From: Candidatus Dormiibacterota bacterium
Lineage (GTDB): Bacteria > Acidobacteriota > Polarisedimenticolia > Gp22-AA2
NCBI GenBank assembly: GCA_035635555.1
Contig: DASQAT010000046.1
Location: forward strand, 320,075-384,074
Reading direction: 5' to 3'
DNA: 64,000 nucleotides
Positions 51,222-63,362 of the stretch are shown here, piece after piece. The position numbers and the translations under genes are program-made. Below the pieces are notes generated by a model. The model did no database searches, had not been told where the DNA came from, and worked only from the letters and a program-made list of their open reading frames with translations. Within the stretch, counting starts at the first letter, position 1, and each line of letters starts with the position of its first letter.

Positions 51222-54200
51222 CGGAATCTCACGGCTCCCTTCCCCAGAAGACCCTCCAGGGCCAGCGTCAGATCGCGGCTGGGCGAGACCTTGAGGGCAT
51301 CCCCCGCGCGGAGCGTGGCTCGGAAGCCCTGTGGCTGCGTCACTTCGATGAAGACGGGACAGGGCCCCGGTCGTTCGCGCAGGAGATCCCGCACCCTCTC
51401 CACGGCGGCGTCACCGAACCCCGCCTGGGGGATGGCAAGGACAATCTCCCTGGCCTTCTCCTCGGCCTGGTCCAGGTGAAGGAGGCTTTCCGCGATGAGG
51501 CGCTTCTGGTCGTCGGCCACCTCGACGTTGCCGCTCACCAGGAGCGCCGCGTCCTCGTCCAGGAGACTCCGGTGCTTCGCGTAGGTATCCGGGAACGCGA
51601 TGACCTCGAGCGACCCGTCGAGGTCGTCCAGACGGAACACCGCCATCATGTCCCCGCGCCTCGTCTTGCGTCGTTTCAGGGCGGACACAATCCCGGCGAC
51701 GGCAACCTTGCGCGGCTTCTGGATTTCTTTCACCGTGGAGGTCGTATGGGTGACCAGGCCCTTCAGACGCGCGGCATATTCCTTGAAGGGGTGCCCGGCC
51801 ATGTAGAAGCCGAGGACTTCCTTCTCCCCTGCCAGCAGCTCCCGGTCGGACCACTCCCGGACACTCTCTGTGGGCACCGCCGCGGCACCGAGGGCCGCGG
51901 GGCCGGCGAACAGACCGGCCTGGCCGCTCTCCCTGTCCCGCAGAGCGTTCTGGCCCGCTTCGATGGCTGCGTCGACACCGGTGAAAAGAGCCGACCTGGA
52001 GGGGCCAAGGTGGTCGAGCGCGCCGGCCTTCACGAGAGACTCGAGGACGCGCTTGTTGATGGTGCGCAGGTCGATCGCGGAGCAGAGAGCCGCGAGGGAT
52101 CCGAAAGGACCATGCGACGCGCGGGCCTCGACCATCGTCCGCGCGGCCCCCTCGCCGACGTTCTTGACCGCTCCCAGTCCGAAGCGGATCCCCTCCGGCT
52201 GGACCGTGAAATCGACACCCGAGTGGTTGACGTGCGGCGGGAGCACGGCGATGCCCATCTCCTTCGATTCGCCGATGTACTTGACGATGTTGTCGGTGTT
52301 GTCCTTCTCCATCGTCAGGAGGGAGGCCATGAAATGCCGGGGGTAGTGCGCCTTCAACCAGGCCGTCCGGTACGCGATCAGGGCGTACGCGGTGGAATGC
52401 GCCTTGTTGAAGCCGTAGCCGGCAAAGTGCTCCATCAGATCGAATAGCCGTTTCGCGTCCTTCTCTCCGACCTCGCGAGACCGGCATCCCTTCGTGAACT
52501 TCTCGCGTTGCGCGGCCATGACGTCCTTCTTCTTCTTGCCCATGGCCCGACGCAGGATGTCGGCTTCTCCCAGGGTGAAGCCGGCGAGACGCGACGCGAT
52601 CTGCATCACCTGCTCCTGGTACACGATGACGCCGTAGGTGACCCCGAGGATCTCCTCGAGCTGCGGGACGATGTATTCGATGGCCTTGCGGCCATGCCGC
52701 CGCTCGACGTAATCGTCGATCATTCCCGAGCCGATGGGTCCCGGGCGGAACAGGGCGTTCAAGGCGATGAGGTCCTCGAATCGGTCCGGCTTCAGCTTGC
52801 GGAGGATGTCCTTCATGCCCGAGGACTCAAACTGGAACACGCCGTCCGTGCGCGCTCCCTGGAAGCAGGCGTAGGTTTCCGGATCGTCGAGCAGCAGCGT
52901 CTCGACGTCCACGTGGACCCCCTCGTCGGCGCGGATTCGTTCCCGACAGTCCTGGATGATCGTCAGCGTCTTGAGGCCGAGGAAATCCATCTTCAGGAGT
53001 CCGATGCTGCCGATCTCCTCCATGGCATATTGCGTGACGATCTCGTCGTCCCGCGTGCGTGCCAGGGGTGAGAACTCGACGATCGGCCGGGGCGAGATCA
53101 CCACCCCTGCGGCATGCACCGAGGCGTGACGCGTCAATCCTTCGAGCCGTCTCGAGACGTCCAGGAGTTGCCGGATCCGATCATCCTGTTCGTGCATCTG
53201 GCGGAGCGCCGGCACGGTGTTGATCGCCTTGTCGATCGTCATGTCCGGCTCGGCCGGTATCAGTTTCGCGATCCGGTCGCAGTCGCCGAACGCGATGTCG
53301 AGCCCGCGGCCCGCGTCGCGGATCACGGCCTTGGCGCCCATGGTCGCGAACGTGATGATCTGGGCGACGTTCTCCCGTCCGTACTTGTCGCGCACGTAGT
53401 CGATGACGGCGCCGCGCCCCCGCATGCAGAAGTCGATGTCGATGTCCGGCATCGTGATCCGCTCCGGGTTCAGGAAGCGCTCGAACAGGAGGTCGTACTG
53501 GAGCGGGTCGACATCCGTGATGCGCAGACAGAAGGCGACCAGGGAGCCGGCCGCCGAACCACGGCCCGGACCGACGGGAACGCCCTTGTCCCGGGCGTAC
53601 TTGATGAAGTCCCAGACGATGAGAAAGTATCCGGCGAACCCCATGCGGATGACCATGTCGATCTCACTCGCCAGGCGCCGTCCGTACTCTTCGATCGGGA
53701 CGCGGAGCAGGCCTTTCGCGGCGAGGGCCTTCCAGGCGGGCAGCCTTTCCTCGAAACCGCGCTCCGACATGTCGCGGAAGTACTCTTCGACGGTCCTCCC
53801 CTCGGGAACCTGGAAATGCGGCAGCAGGTTGTCTCCCTTGGGCATGACCAGGTTGCAGCGTTCCGCGACGAGCAGCGTGTTCTCGACCGCCTCCGGGAGG
53901 TGCTTGAACGCCGTCCACATCTCTTCGGGCGACTTGAAATAGTGCTCCTGGGTGAAGCGCATGCGGTCGGCGTCCTTGACCGTCTTGCCGGTCTGGATGC
54001 AGATCAGGATGTCGTGCGCGAAGTGGTCGTCGCGCCTCAGGAAGTGACAGTCGTTCGTGGCCAGCAGCGGGATCTTGAGGCGCCTCCCCAGGGGCACCAG
54101 GACTTCGTTCAGCAGCTTCTCCTCCGGCAGGCCCTGGTCCTGAATCTCGAAAAAGAAATTTTCGGCGCCGAAGATCTCCCGGTACTCGCAGGCGACACGT

Positions 54201-54679
54201 TCGGCCTCGGCCTGCCGACCCGAAAGAATGAGCTGGGGGATCTCTCCTCCGAGACAGGTGGAGGTCGCGATCAGACCGCGTCCGTGTCTCTCCAGGAGCT
54301 CACGATCGATGCGCGGCCGGTAGTAGTACCCCTCCAGAAACCCCGCGGTGGAGAGCCGCATGAGGTTCTGATAGCCGGTCTGGTCCCGGGCGAGGAGGAG
54401 CAGGTGATAGTAGGGCTTCTTTCCCGCACCCGCAGGCGTGCGATCCGTACGCGAGCCGGGCGCAATGTAGGTCTCGCACCCCAGGATCGGCTTGATCCCT
54501 TTCTCGGCCGCGGCCTCGAAGAACGGGACGGCGCCGAAGAGATTGCCGTGGTCCGTAACGGCCACGGCCGGCATCCCGAAGCGCGCCGCCTGCTCGACGA
54601 GCTCCTCGAGCTTGGAGGCGCCGTCCAGGAGGGAGTACTGGGAATGATTGTGCAGGTGTACGAAGCTCGTGTCGGCCAT
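51218..54679 (-). CDS. dnaE: DNA polymerase III alpha subunit
   Basis: PHP domain [15 protein letters not shown], polymerase core and OB fold. Internal ATG 54679 ([10 protein letters not shown]) is chosen. Confidence 0.9.
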   Translation of the reverse strand: MADTSFVHLHNHSQYSLLDGASKLEELVEQAARFGMPAVAVTDHGNLFGAVPFFEAAAEKGIKPILGCETYIAPGSRTDRTPAGAGKKPYYHLLLLARDQTGYQNLMRLSTAGFLEGYYYRPRIDRELLERHGRGLIATSTCLGGEIPQLILSGRQAEAERVACEYREIFGAENFFFEIQDQGLPEEKLLNEVLVPLGRRLKIPLLATNDCHFLRRDDHFAHDILICIQTGKTVKDADRMRFTQEHYFKSPEEMWTAFKHLPEAVENTLLVAERCNLVMPKGDNLLPHFQVPEGRTVEEYFRDMSERGFEERLPAWKALAAKGLLRVPIEEYGRRLASEIDMVIRMGFAGYFLIVWDFIKYARDKGVPVGPGRGSAAGSLVAFCLRITDVDPLQYDLLFERFLNPERITMPDIDIDFCMRGRGAVIDYVRDKYGRENVAQIITFATMGAKAVIRDAGRGLDIAFGDCDRIAKLIPAEPDMTIDKAINTVPALRQMHEQDDRIRQLLDVSRRLEGLTRHASVHAAGVVISPRPIVEFSPLARTRDDEIVTQYAMEEIGSIGLLKMDFLGLKTLTIIQDCRERIRADEGVHVDVETLLLDDPETYACFQGARTDGVFQFESSGMKDILRKLKPDRFEDLIALNALFRPGPIGSGMIDDYVERRHGRKAIEYIVPQLEEILGVTYGVIVYQEQVMQIASRLAGFTLGEADILRRAMGKKKKDVMAAQREKFTKGCRSREVGEKDAKRLFDLMEHFAGYGFNKAHSTAYALIAYRTAWLKAHYPRHFMASLLTMEKDNTDNIVKYIGESKEMGIAVLPPHVNHSGVDFTVQPEGIRFGLGAVKNVGEGAARTMVEARASHGPFGSLAALCSAIDLRTINKRVLESLVKAGALDHLGPSRSALFTGVDAAIEAGQNALRDRESGQAGLFAGPAALGAAAVPTESVREWSDRELLAGEKEVLGFYMAGHPFKEYAARLKGLVTHTTSTVKEIQKPRKVAVAGIVSALKRRKTRRGDMMAVFRLDDLDGSLEVIAFPDTYAKHRSLLDEDAALLVSGNVEVADDQKRLIAESLLHLDQAEEKAREIVLAIPQAGFGDAAVERVRDLLRERPGPCPVFIEVTQPQGFRATLRAGDALKVSPSRDLTLALEGLLGKGAVRFR

Positions 54680-54686
54680 CGCGCGG

Positions 54687-56222
54687 TCACTCCCACTCGA
54701 TGGTGGCGGGCGGCTTGCTGCTGATGTCGTAGACGACTCGATTGACACCGCGCACTTCGTTCACGATCCGCGCGCTGACCGCCGCGAGAAAATCGAGCGG
54801 CAGACGGGCCCAGTCGGCCGTCATGAAGTCATCCGTGGTGACCGCGCGGAGCGCCACGACGTTTTCGTAGGTCCTGCCGTCGCCCATCACGCCCACCGAG
54901 CGGACCGGCAGGAGGACGGCGAACGCCTGGGACGTTTCGTAGTACAGGCCCGCAGAGCGCAATTCATGGAGGAAGATGGCGTCGACCCGTCTGAGGATGG
55001 CGAGGCGCTCTTCGGTGACCTCCCCCAGGACGCGGACGGCAAGACCCGGCCCCGGGAAGGGATGACGCAGCAAGATGGCGTCGTCCAGGCCCAGCTCCCG
55101 GCCGAGACGGCGCACCTCGTCCTTGAACAGCTCCCGCAGTGGTTCCACCAGTTTCAGCCTCATCGTGCTCGGCAGTCCTCCGACATTGTGGTGCGTCTTG
55201 ATGACCGCCGAGGGTCCCTTGTGGGAGGTCGACTCGATCAGGTCGGGATAGAGCGTTCCCTGGGCCAGGAACTCCACAGGGCCGAGATCCCTCGCGGCCG
55301 CCTCGAACACCTCGATGAACACCCGGCCGATCGTCCGCCGTTTTTCCTCGGGGTCGACGAGGCCTCGAAGCTCAGTGAGGAAGCGCCGCGCGGCGTCGAT
55401 GCGCTCGACCTTGACGTGAAAGGCACGATCGAACGTGTCCAGCACCGACTCCGCCTCGTCCTGCCGCAAGAGCCCGTTGTCTACGAACAGACCGTGGAGC
55501 CGGTCGCCGATCGCCCGGTGGATCAGGAGGGCCGCCACCGCCGAGTCCACCCCGCCGCTCAGCCCCGCCACGACGCGACCGTTGCCCACCCGGGCCCGGA
55601 TGGCCGCGATCGATTCCTCGATGAACGAACTCATCTTCCAGCTGCCGGTGCACCCGCAGACGTCGTACAGGAAGTTGCGCAGGATGTCCCTGCCGCGCTC
55701 CGTGTGCATGACTTCCGGGTGGAACTGGATGGCGTGGAGCCGCCTCCCCGCGTCGGCCATGGCGGCGCAGGCGGAGTTCGTGCTCGTGGCCGTCCGTTCG
55801 AAACCGCGCGGGACTTCGACCACTTCGTCCCCGTGACTCATCCAGACCCTCTGGACACCGGGCTGGCCGGCGAACAGGCCGGCCGCGCGCAGCACGCGCA
55901 GCTCCGACGGCCCGAACTCGCGCTGCGGCGAGCGGATGACCCTGCCACCGAGCTGGTGGGCCATGAGCTGCATGCCGTAGCAGATTCCCAGGATCGGCAG
56001 CCCCAGCCTGTACACCGCCTCGTCCAGGCGCGGAGCCCCCGGAACATCGACGGACTCGGGGCCGCCCGAAAGGATCAGACCGCGGGCACCCCGCATTCGC
56101 TCGATCGCCGCGTCGAAGGGCACGAGCTCGCTGTACACATTGAGCTCGCGCACCCGGCGCGCGATGAGCTGCGAATATTGAGCCCCGAAATCCAGGACGA
56201 GCACCGTCTCGCGCGAGCTCAT
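54687..56222 (-). CDS. guaA: GMP synthase (glutamine-hydrolysing)
   Basis: GATase ([20 protein letters not shown]), PP-loop SGGVDS and C-terminal dimerisation ...TIEWE. Confidence 0.9.
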   Translation of the reverse strand: MSSRETVLVLDFGAQYSQLIARRVRELNVYSELVPFDAAIERMRGARGLILSGGPESVDVPGAPRLDEAVYRLGLPILGICYGMQLMAHQLGGRVIRSPQREFGPSELRVLRAAGLFAGQPGVQRVWMSHGDEVVEVPRGFERTATSTNSACAAMADAGRRLHAIQFHPEVMHTERGRDILRNFLYDVCGCTGSWKMSSFIEESIAAIRARVGNGRVVAGLSGGVDSAVAALLIHRAIGDRLHGLFVDNGLLRQDEAESVLDTFDRAFHVKVERIDAARRFLTELRGLVDPEEKRRTIGRVFIEVFEAAARDLGPVEFLAQGTLYPDLIESTSHKGPSAVIKTHHNVGGLPSTMRLKLVEPLRELFKDEVRRLGRELGLDDAILLRHPFPGPGLAVRVLGEVTEERLAILRRVDAIFLHELRSAGLYYETSQAFAVLLPVRSVGVMGDGRTYENVVALRAVTTDDFMTADWARLPLDFLAAVSARIVNEVRGVNRVVYDISSKPPATIEWE

Positions 56223-57277
56223 CTGTCCGCCACCTTCCTCACCCCCGGTTGTCGGACCGGCATCGAGGTCCGGCGCGCCGCGTGGTGCACCAGCCGCTCC
56301 AGCGCGTTCGCCGGGTCCTTCGCCCCCATCCCCTTCAGCTCCCGATCGACCTTGAGGCAGAACGCCAGTGCGTCGCGCAAATCGTCGGCGCGGGCGCCGC
56401 CGACCTCACGGGTGAAGCGTTCGATGCGCCCGCGATCGATGCCGTAGAGGGTCGTGGACTCGCGCGGAGGCAGTCTGCGGGCCTCGGCCACCTTGGCGCG
56501 CAGAGCGTTCCGGAAGTACCACGACAGGCCACCCAGAATCTTGATGGGGTCCTCTCCTTGCCGGAGCAGCGCCCGCAGGATTCCGAGGGCTTCACCCCGC
56601 TCGCCGCGCGCGGCGTGGGCGGCGAGGCGGAAGGAGTCTTCCACGCGCGGCACGTCGGCGAGAAGCGCCAGATCCGCCGCCTCCACCGGGCGTGGTCCGC
56701 CCAGGGAGCTCATCAGCTTTTCGATCTCGGCGTCGACGCGTCCGAGACCCGCGCCCGACAGTCCGGCGGCGATCGCCGAGGCGAGGTCGGGACTGATGCC
56801 GAACCCGCGGGCGCGCAGTCGATCCCGCACGAAGACGGCCGTGCGCGGTTCGTCGAGCGGACCGCAGTCGACCCGCGTGACGTCCTCCGCGAGAACCCGG
56901 TACAGCCCCCTGCGTCGATCGAAGCCGACATCGCTGAAGGCGAGGCACGTCCGTGGATTCGGTGCCTTCAGGTACGCCTTCAGCGGGTCGAGACTCTCGG
57001 CGCGGAGGGCGTCGGCATCGCGCACGACGATGAGGCGACGGGCGCTTCCCATCGGATACGTCCGCGCCAGGTCGAGAAGCGCGCCGAGCGAGATGTCTCC
57101 GCCGCGCACGGCGTCGCGGTCCATGGACAGGGCGTCGCCCGAAACGGTGGCTTGCTCCAGAAGGCGGATTCCCTCGTCGTGGAAGTACGCCTCCTCCCCT
57201 TCGAAAAGATAGACCGGGGCCACCTGGCCGGCCTTGAGGGCCTCGCGGAAGCGGGCGAAGCTCAGAGAGGTTGGCAT
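56219..57277 (-). CDS. holA: DNA polymerase III delta subunit
   Basis: VYLFEGEE..., [25 protein letters not shown]. Conserved leuS-lptE-holA synteny. 4-nt overlap with guaA. Confidence 0.7.
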   Translation of the reverse strand: MPTSLSFARFREALKAGQVAPVYLFEGEEAYFHDEGIRLLEQATVSGDALSMDRDAVRGGDISLGALLDLARTYPMGSARRLIVVRDADALRAESLDPLKAYLKAPNPRTCLAFSDVGFDRRRGLYRVLAEDVTRVDCGPLDEPRTAVFVRDRLRARGFGISPDLASAIAAGLSGAGLGRVDAEIEKLMSSLGGPRPVEAADLALLADVPRVEDSFRLAAHAARGERGEALGILRALLRQGEDPIKILGGLSWYFRNALRAKVAEARRLPPRESTTLYGIDRGRIERFTREVGGARADDLRDALAFCLKVDRELKGMGAKDPANALERLVHHAARRTSMPVRQPGVRKVADR

Positions 57278-57284
57278 GATCTCC

Positions 57285-57863
57285 TCAGAACCCCTCGAGG
57301 ATCGACGTGACGACGCTCTTCGCGAAGTCGGTCGCCACGTCGTCGATGGCCACGATCTCCTGATCGATGAACACCTGAGGGCTCGTCGCCACGTCGTACT
57401 GCCGCTTGAACAGAAAGTGGTCGTCTTCCCACAGCACGCGATCCGTGGTCGTCTCGCTCAAGGTGACGTGCGCCGTGATCAGGATCTCATAACGCGTGGC
57501 GCGCCCCTGCTCGCTGATGACGACCGGCGTGACGATGTAGCTCAGGATCTCGCCCCGGAGCACCGCCTGCGCCCCTTCTTCACCGGGAAGGATGCGCACT
57601 CTCCCCCGTGTTGTGAACTCGTCGATGACGTGCTCGGTGACCCGCTGCTCCAGCTCGGGGCGATTGGTCCGGTTCACGAACGTGGGGATGCCCACCGATT
57701 GAATCCCCGTCGGCAGCGTGCTCGAGTGTCCCACGAGGTGATAGCCGCAGCCGGCGAGGAGGACAAGCAGGAACGCGGTGACGACAGCGGCCGGGCGGCG
57801 TTCCGGGTCACCGGGAAGCGCCGCGGTGGGTCCGATGGGGGGCACCGACGTCATCCCGCGCAT
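57285..57863 (-). CDS. lptE: LPS-assembly lipoprotein LptE-like
   Basis: Lipobox LLAGCGY. Size and position between leuS and holA are as in many proteobacteria. Confidence 0.6.
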   Translation of the reverse strand: MRGMTSVPPIGPTAALPGDPERRPAAVVTAFLLVLLAGCGYHLVGHSSTLPTGIQSVGIPTFVNRTNRPELEQRVTEHVIDEFTTRGRVRILPGEEGAQAVLRGEILSYIVTPVVISEQGRATRYEILITAHVTLSETTTDRVLWEDDHFLFKRQYDVATSPQVFIDQEIVAIDDVATDFAKSVVTSILEGF

Positions 57864-57902
57864 TATAGATGATGCGGCGCCGGCCCCAACCGGCGCACGC
57901 GT

Positions 57903-60410
57903 CTATCCTACGACGATATTCAGCAATCGGCCCTGCAGATAGATGGTCTTGCGGATGGTGCGCCCCTCGAGATGGAACGCCACATTGACGTCCTGCCGCG
58001 CGCGCGCCACGACTTCGGTTTCCGGGAGAGAGGAGGGGATCAGCAGGCGCCCGCGCAGCCGGCCGTTGACCTGGACCGGAATCTCGACCTCGTCCTCCTT
58101 GAGCCAGCGTTCCGAGGCGGAAGGCCACGCCTGGCGCACGGCAGTGCCCCCCCCGCCCAGGCTCTCCCAGAATTCCTCGGAGATGTGGGGCGCGAACGGC
58201 TGCAGGAGGAGGGCCATCGTCAGACCGGCCTCCTTGAGGCAGGGCAGATCGTCGTCGGTGATCTCCCTGGAGAAGTCCTGGATCTCGTTCAGAAGCTCCA
58301 TCAGTGCGGCCACCGGTGTGTTCAGATGGAGACGCCGCTCGATGTCGACGGTGACGCGCTCGATCGTGCGGTGAACGCGTCGGCGCAGCCGGGCGCGCCG
58401 TGGATCGCCGGCGCCGTCGCCCTCTGCGGGCAGGGGGGCGAGGGCCAGGTCCTCGGCGCGGGGGGCCAGGAGGCGCCAGACTCTTTCGAGGAAACGGAAG
58501 CAGCCCTCTACCCCCATCTCGTTCCACTCGAGGTCCTTCTCGGGAGGGGCGGCGAACAGCGTGAACAGCCGGGTCGTGTCGGCGCCGTAGCGGCGCACCA
58601 TGTCGTCGGGGTCGACGATGTTCCCCTTGGATTTGGACATCGCCGTCCCGCCCTTGAGGACCATCCCCTGGCAGAGGAGATTCTGGACCGGTTCGCCGAA
58701 CTTCAGGAGCCCCAGATCGCGCAGCACCTTGGCGAAGAACCGGCAATAGATGAGGTGCAGCGTGGCGTGCGTGATCCCGCCGACGTAGAGATCGATCGGG
58801 AACCACGCGTTGACGATCGCGGGGTCGAACGGCGCGTGATCGTTGCGGGGGTCGCAGTACCGGAAGAAGTACCAGGACGAATCGACGAACGTGTCCATGG
58901 TGTCGGTCTCGCGCCGTCCTGCGCCGTCGCAGCGCGGACAGGACGTTTCGACGAACGACCTGACGCGCGCCAGGGGCGATCCACCCTCGCCTGTCAGTGG
59001 GACGTCTTCCGGCAGGACGACGGGGAGATCCTCGACGGGCACGGGCACGGTCCCGCAGCGCTCGCAGTAGATGATGGGGATCGGCGTTCCCCAGTACCTC
59101 TGCCGCGAGATGCCCCAGTCCAGGAGGCGGTACTGCACGATCCCTTTCGCGGAGCCTTGGGCTTCCCCGTCGCGCAGCATGGCGCTCCTCGCAGCCCTCG
59201 AGGCCAGACCGGTGTAGGGGCCCGAGTCGACCAGGATGCCGTCCTCGACCATCGCCGATCGCGGCGCGGGCGCCGGAGCGCCGCCCTCGTCGGGGACAAT
59301 GACGGTGCGGACCGGCAGGCCGTGCCGGGTCGCGAAGTCGTAGTCGCGGTCGTCGTGGGCCGGCACGGCCATGATCGCCCCGGTCCCGTACTCCATCAGG
59401 ACGAAGTTGGCGCACCAGACTGGCAGCGTCTCGCCGTTATATGGGTTCCGCACGCGCAGACCGGTATCGATCCCTTCCTTCTCCTCCGGCTCCATGCGGG
59501 AGCGCGTCACGTCGCGGGCGTCGATCCGGCGCAGGAAGTCGTCCAGACGCCGCCGCGCCTCGCCCCCCCCGGCAATCCTGCCGAGGACGGGGTGCCGCGG
59601 CGCCACGACGCAGAACGTCGATCCGTAGATGGTGTCCAGGCGGGTCGTGAAGATCTCGAGACTGGCGGCCGTGGGCGCGCCGCCCGCGTCGAGGATCGGG
59701 AACTGGACCGCCGTCCCCTCGCTCCTGCCGATCCAGTTGCGCTGCATCGCACGCACGCGCTCCGGCCAACCGGTCATCGTGTCCAGCTCGGCGTCGAGTT
59801 CGGAGGCGTAGGCCGTGGTCTTCAGGAACCACTGATCGAGCTCGGTGCGGCCGACGACCGAATCACAGCGCCAGCAGCGGCCGTTCTCCACCTGTTCGTT
59901 CGCCAGCACCGTCCGGCACGATCCACACCAGTTCACGAAGCGCCGGCTCCGATAGGCCAGGCCGCGCTCGAACATCTTCAGGAAGAGCCACTGGTTCCAT
60001 CGATAGTAGTCGGGCCGGTGAGCCGCGATCTCGCGGGTCCAGTCGTAGGACAATCCCAGGCGCAGGAGCTGGGCGCGCATGTTGGCGATGTTTTCGTTGG
60101 TCCATTTCGCCGGGTGGATGCCGTGCTTGATGGCGGCGTTCTCGGCGGGCAGACCGAACGAGTCCCACCCCATCGGGTGAAGAACCTCCCGGCCACGCAT
60201 CCCCTGAAACCGGGCCACCGCGTCGCCGATCGCATAGTTGCGGACATGTCCCATGTGGAGACGTCCGGACGGATACGGAAGCATCTCCAGGCAGTAGAAC
60301 TCCCGGCCTGAGGGGACCCGCGGCGCCTCGAAGACCCGCTCCCTGCTCCAGCGCTCCTGCCACTTGCGCTCGATGGAATCGAAATGATCCCGGTACTCTC
60401 CCAGCATCAT
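57903..60410 (-). CDS. leuS: Leucine--tRNA ligase
   Basis: PYPSGRLHMGHVRNY (HIGH), KMSKSKGN and CP1 editing domain. Confidence 0.9.
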   Translation of the reverse strand: MMLGEYRDHFDSIERKWQERWSRERVFEAPRVPSGREFYCLEMLPYPSGRLHMGHVRNYAIGDAVARFQGMRGREVLHPMGWDSFGLPAENAAIKHGIHPAKWTNENIANMRAQLLRLGLSYDWTREIAAHRPDYYRWNQWLFLKMFERGLAYRSRRFVNWCGSCRTVLANEQVENGRCWRCDSVVGRTELDQWFLKTTAYASELDAELDTMTGWPERVRAMQRNWIGRSEGTAVQFPILDAGGAPTAASLEIFTTRLDTIYGSTFCVVAPRHPVLGRIAGGGEARRRLDDFLRRIDARDVTRSRMEPEEKEGIDTGLRVRNPYNGETLPVWCANFVLMEYGTGAIMAVPAHDDRDYDFATRHGLPVRTVIVPDEGGAPAPAPRSAMVEDGILVDSGPYTGLASRAARSAMLRDGEAQGSAKGIVQYRLLDWGISRQRYWGTPIPIIYCERCGTVPVPVEDLPVVLPEDVPLTGEGGSPLARVRSFVETSCPRCDGAGRRETDTMDTFVDSSWYFFRYCDPRNDHAPFDPAIVNAWFPIDLYVGGITHATLHLIYCRFFAKVLRDLGLLKFGEPVQNLLCQGMVLKGGTAMSKSKGNIVDPDDMVRRYGADTTRLFTLFAAPPEKDLEWNEMGVEGCFRFLERVWRLLAPRAEDLALAPLPAEGDGAGDPRRARLRRRVHRTIERVTVDIERRLHLNTPVAALMELLNEIQDFSREITDDDLPCLKEAGLTMALLLQPFAPHISEEFWESLGGGGTAVRQAWPSASERWLKEDEVEIPVQVNGRLRGRLLIPSSLPETEVVARARQDVNVAFHLEGRTIRKTIYLQGRLLNIVVG

Positions 60411-60526
60411 CCCTCACCTCGCCCTCGATCCGTCCGGAGGGCCGTCATTCTAACAGGAACGCGGTCTCCGCGCGGGTCCCGGTGATTTCAACTTCGTAAC
60501 CCGCAAACCCCGGTGTGCCGACAACT

Positions 60527-60553
60527 TGCGGCCGGGCGCGGGGAACCTATATT
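60527..60553 (+). promoter_or_regulatory. Candidate promoter (TTGCGG-15-TATATT) for the RiPP-like locus
   Basis: Weak. In the divergent leuS/NTase intergenic region. Confidence 0.25.
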
Positions 60554-60592
60554 CGCTGCGCCCGGGTGTGGCGGGCGGCAGGAGCGGTCTCA

Positions 60593-61741
60593 ATGAACAG
60601 TCTCACCTCGCGGGACAGGGTGCGCATTGCGGAGGACATGATCCCCCCGCGCGCCGGCCTCCCGGGAATTCTGGCCGCCCCCGTTCCGCATGACGAGGCC
60701 CTGCAGCAGGCCCTCGCCTGCCTCCCTGCCGGCGACGTTCCGCGATTGCTGGATGTGATCGCCTATCACCGCCTCGACGGACTGGCGCATCGTGCCGTCT
60801 CGCGTCTGCCCCAGGACTCGATCGACCCGTGGCTGCGATCGAGCCTGAAACGGCGCTCGCAGCGCCTCGCGGCGGCGACGCTGTCCCAGGCCCTGGCGCT
60901 CGCCGACGTCCTGGAGGGTCTCGCACGGGCCTCGATCCCGGTCGCGGTCATGCGCGGGCTGCGCACGGTCGAAGCGATCTACCGCGATCGATCCCTCCGT
61001 CCGTTCGAGGACCACGATCTGCTCGTCCTCCCGGAGGATCGCGATTCAGCCCGGGCCGTCCTCCTGCGCATGGGATTCGAGGAGCAGGCCTGGAGTTTCT
61101 TCCGCCGCGGCGGGGTGATCGTCGATCTGCACGTCGATCCCCTGGGCGCGCATCGTCGTCCATCCAGGCATTCCGTGTTCCCCGTCCACTTACGCTCGCT
61201 GTTCTCCCGGGCGACGACGGGACTCGTGGCGGGGGCGCCGTCGCTGGTCTTCGAGCCCGAGGACGAGCTGCTTCTTCTGGCCATCCATCTCGTCAAGCAT
61301 TCCTTCGACAGGCTGGTGCGCCTGGCGGACGTCGCCCATTTCGTCCACCAGAGGCGCGGAGATCTCGACTGGAATCTCCTGTTCCACCGCGCCCGATCGT
61401 GCCGCGCCGCCCGCATCCTCGGCTGGACACTCCGGTCCCTGGCACTTCTCGGCGTCGCCGTCCGAGCCGTGGACGTCCCCGCCATCGAGGACGACGGCCC
61501 CGTGGAGCGTTTCCTGATGCGGCGTGTCCTCGATTCGCGGCCGTTTCCCTACACCGGCGAGGCGCTGATGACCCTGGCCGCCCCCAGTCTTCGACTTCGG
61601 CTCCTGTTCTTGTACGACGCGTTCTGGCCTGCGACCGAACGGCCGCAGGGCGCCTGGCGGACGGCGGGGGCCCTGCCCCGCCGTGTTCTGGACCTGGCGA
61701 AAGAGCGTGCGCTCCAGACCGCCGAGAGGAGGAGAACGTGA
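60593..61741 (+). CDS. Uncharacterised nucleotidyltransferase-family protein (NTP_transf_5-like; HPr-rel-A-system type)
   Basis: LRPFEDHDLLVLPED, DLHVDP... ATG 60593 after GGCAGGAGCGG. The track ORF begins earlier (60515). Confidence 0.55.
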   Translation: MNSLTSRDRVRIAEDMIPPRAGLPGILAAPVPHDEALQQALACLPAGDVPRLLDVIAYHRLDGLAHRAVSRLPQDSIDPWLRSSLKRRSQRLAAATLSQALALADVLEGLARASIPVAVMRGLRTVEAIYRDRSLRPFEDHDLLVLPEDRDSARAVLLRMGFEEQAWSFFRRGGVIVDLHVDPLGAHRRPSRHSVFPVHLRSLFSRATTGLVAGAPSLVFEPEDELLLLAIHLVKHSFDRLVRLADVAHFVHQRRGDLDWNLLFHRARSCRAARILGWTLRSLALLGVAVRAVDVPAIEDDGPVERFLMRRVLDSRPFPYTGEALMTLAAPSLRLRLLFLYDAFWPATERPQGAWRTAGALPRRVLDLAKERALQTAERRRT

Positions 61742-62058
61742 GGGACGAGACCGATCTCCTGCTGCAGCCGTGCCTCCCCTCCCCGGACGTCGTGGCGCGG
61801 CGGGTGGCGGGCGAGTATCTGCTGGTGCCGGTGCGCAACGGCGCTGCGCAGATGGATTACATCTTCACCGCGAACGAAGTAGGAAGCGCGATCTTCCTCC
61901 TGCTGGATGGCTCGCGCGACGGGCGGGACATCGCGCGGCTCCTGAGCCGGGACTTCGCGGTGGACGAGGAACGCGCGCGGATGGACGTGGTCGAGTTCCT
62001 GCGCGACCTGTGCGAGGCGGGGCTGGTTCGCCCCGCGCGGCCCGCGGGCGCACCATGA
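61738..62058 (+). CDS. PqqD-family peptide chaperone (RiPP recognition element, RRE)
   Basis: VARRVAGEYLLVPVRNG...IFTANEVGSAIFLLLDG..DIARLL..F.VDEERARMDVVEFLRDLCEAGLV matches the PqqD pattern. GTG start overlaps the NTase stop (GTGA). It is the last 106 aa of an otherwise spurious 409-aa track ORF. Confidence 0.7.
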   Translation: MRDETDLLLQPCLPSPDVVARRVAGEYLLVPVRNGAAQMDYIFTANEVGSAIFLLLDGSRDGRDIARLLSRDFAVDEERARMDVVEFLRDLCEAGLVRPARPAGAP

Positions 62059-63362
62059 GTCTTCCGGAGATCAGCTACGGCGATTTCGGGGCCCGGCTGT
62101 CGCGCGCGGGAGGCGCCGCCCGCATCCCGCTCTCCGGCTCGATCGAGATCACCTTCAAATGCAATCTGCGCTGCGTCCATTGCTACGTTCCCGACTACTC
62201 GGGCCGGGGCGAGATGACCACCGCGGAGATCAAGAGAATTCTCGGCGAGGCGGCGGACGAGGGTTGTCTGTGGATGCTTCTGACGGGGGGAGAGGTCCTC
62301 TGCCGCAGTGATTTTCCAGAGATCTACATGCACGCCAAGCGCCTGGGCCTTCTGTTGACGGTGTTCAGCAACGGTACCCTGATCGACGAGCGGATCGCCG
62401 ATCTGCTCGCCGAGTATCCGCCGTTCGGGATCGAGTTCACGCTCTACGGACTGTCGGACGAGACCTATCTCAAGACGACCGGGTTCCCGGGACGATTCAC
62501 GCGCGTGCGGCGGGCCATCGATCTCCTCCTGGAGCGCGGTGTGGCGCTCTCCCTCAAGGCGGTGGCGATCGAGCCTCTGCGGGGCGAGATCGAGAAGATG
62601 GCGGCCTTCTGCGATTCGCTCGGCGTCCGATTTCGGTACGACGCCATGGTGCACGGGAGACTGGATGGCTCGCTCGCGCCCACCCAGGTCCGATCGTCTC
62701 CGGATACCGTCGTGGAATACGACGCCACCGACCCCGAGCGCTTCGCGGAATGGCTGAAGTTCTACAAGCAATACGTCAAGCCGACCCGCCCCTCCCCCTA
62801 TCTCATGTCGTGCGGCGCGGGCGTCAACAGCTTCCACGTCACCCCGCAGGGGATGCTCCTGTCCTGCGAGGCCCTGCCGCTTAGCGGCTACGACCTGCGC
62901 CGGGGGAGCTTCCGGGAGGGCTGGTACGGCGTCGTGGGCGACATCCGCGAGCGCCGGGCCGAAGCGTTCAATGTCTGCGCCGCCTGCGAGCTGAAGGCGT
63001 TGTGCGATCGCTGTCCCGCCACCGCCCTCCTCGAGACCGGCAGCCCGGACGGCTGGATACCCTATTACTGCGAAGTCACCCATCGCCGCGCGGCACTCCT
63101 CGAGGACGCCATCGGAGACACGCAGAAGGCGGCGCGCTACCTCGCCCACGCCGAGAGGGTGAAGACCGGCTGGGTCCCCGAGGGAGCGATCCTGCCGCGG
63201 GCAACGGGCCTCCCCGCAGGAGGCGCCGGCTGTGCATCCGGGGGCGCCTGCGCCGCCTCCGGCTGCGGCCGCGCCGCTGCGGTCCAGACACAGCCTGCGT
63301 CTCTTCTCCAAATCGAACGTCCCCCGGTCCACGCCGGGACATCCATGGAGGTCGACCGATGA
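62055..63362 (+). CDS. Radical SAM/SPASM-domain peptide-modifying enzyme
   Basis: CNLRCVHC (CxxxCxxC), GGE motif (LLTGGEVL) and a SPASM-like Cys cluster (CGAGVN...C, CAACELKALCDRCP, YYC). The ATG overlaps the PqqD stop (ATGA). Confidence 0.75.
   Translation: MSLPEISYGDFGARLSRAGGAARIPLSGSIEITFKCNLRCVHCYVPDYSGRGEMTTAEIKRILGEAADEGCLWMLLTGGEVLCRSDFPEIYMHAKRLGLLLTVFSNGTLIDERIADLLAEYPPFGIEFTLYGLSDETYLKTTGFPGRFTRVRRAIDLLLERGVALSLKAVAIEPLRGEIEKMAAFCDSLGVRFRYDAMVHGRLDGSLAPTQVRSSPDTVVEYDATDPERFAEWLKFYKQYVKPTRPSPYLMSCGAGVNSFHVTPQGMLLSCEALPLSGYDLRRGSFREGWYGVVGDIRERRAEAFNVCAACELKALCDRCPATALLETGSPDGWIPYYCEVTHRRAALLEDAIGDTQKAARYLAHAERVKTGWVPEGAILPRATGLPAGGAGCASGGACAASGCGRAAAVQTQPASLLQIERPPVHAGTSMEVDR

Noticed and set aside
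60829-62058. 409-aa and 559-aa track ORFs (60829..62058, 61683..63362) and 182-aa ORF 63002..63550 across the RiPP locus.
   Set aside because: Only the 3' portions are real genes: PqqD-like from GTG 61738, rSAM from ATG 62055 and precursor from ATG 63359. The upstream extensions read the preceding gene out of frame.
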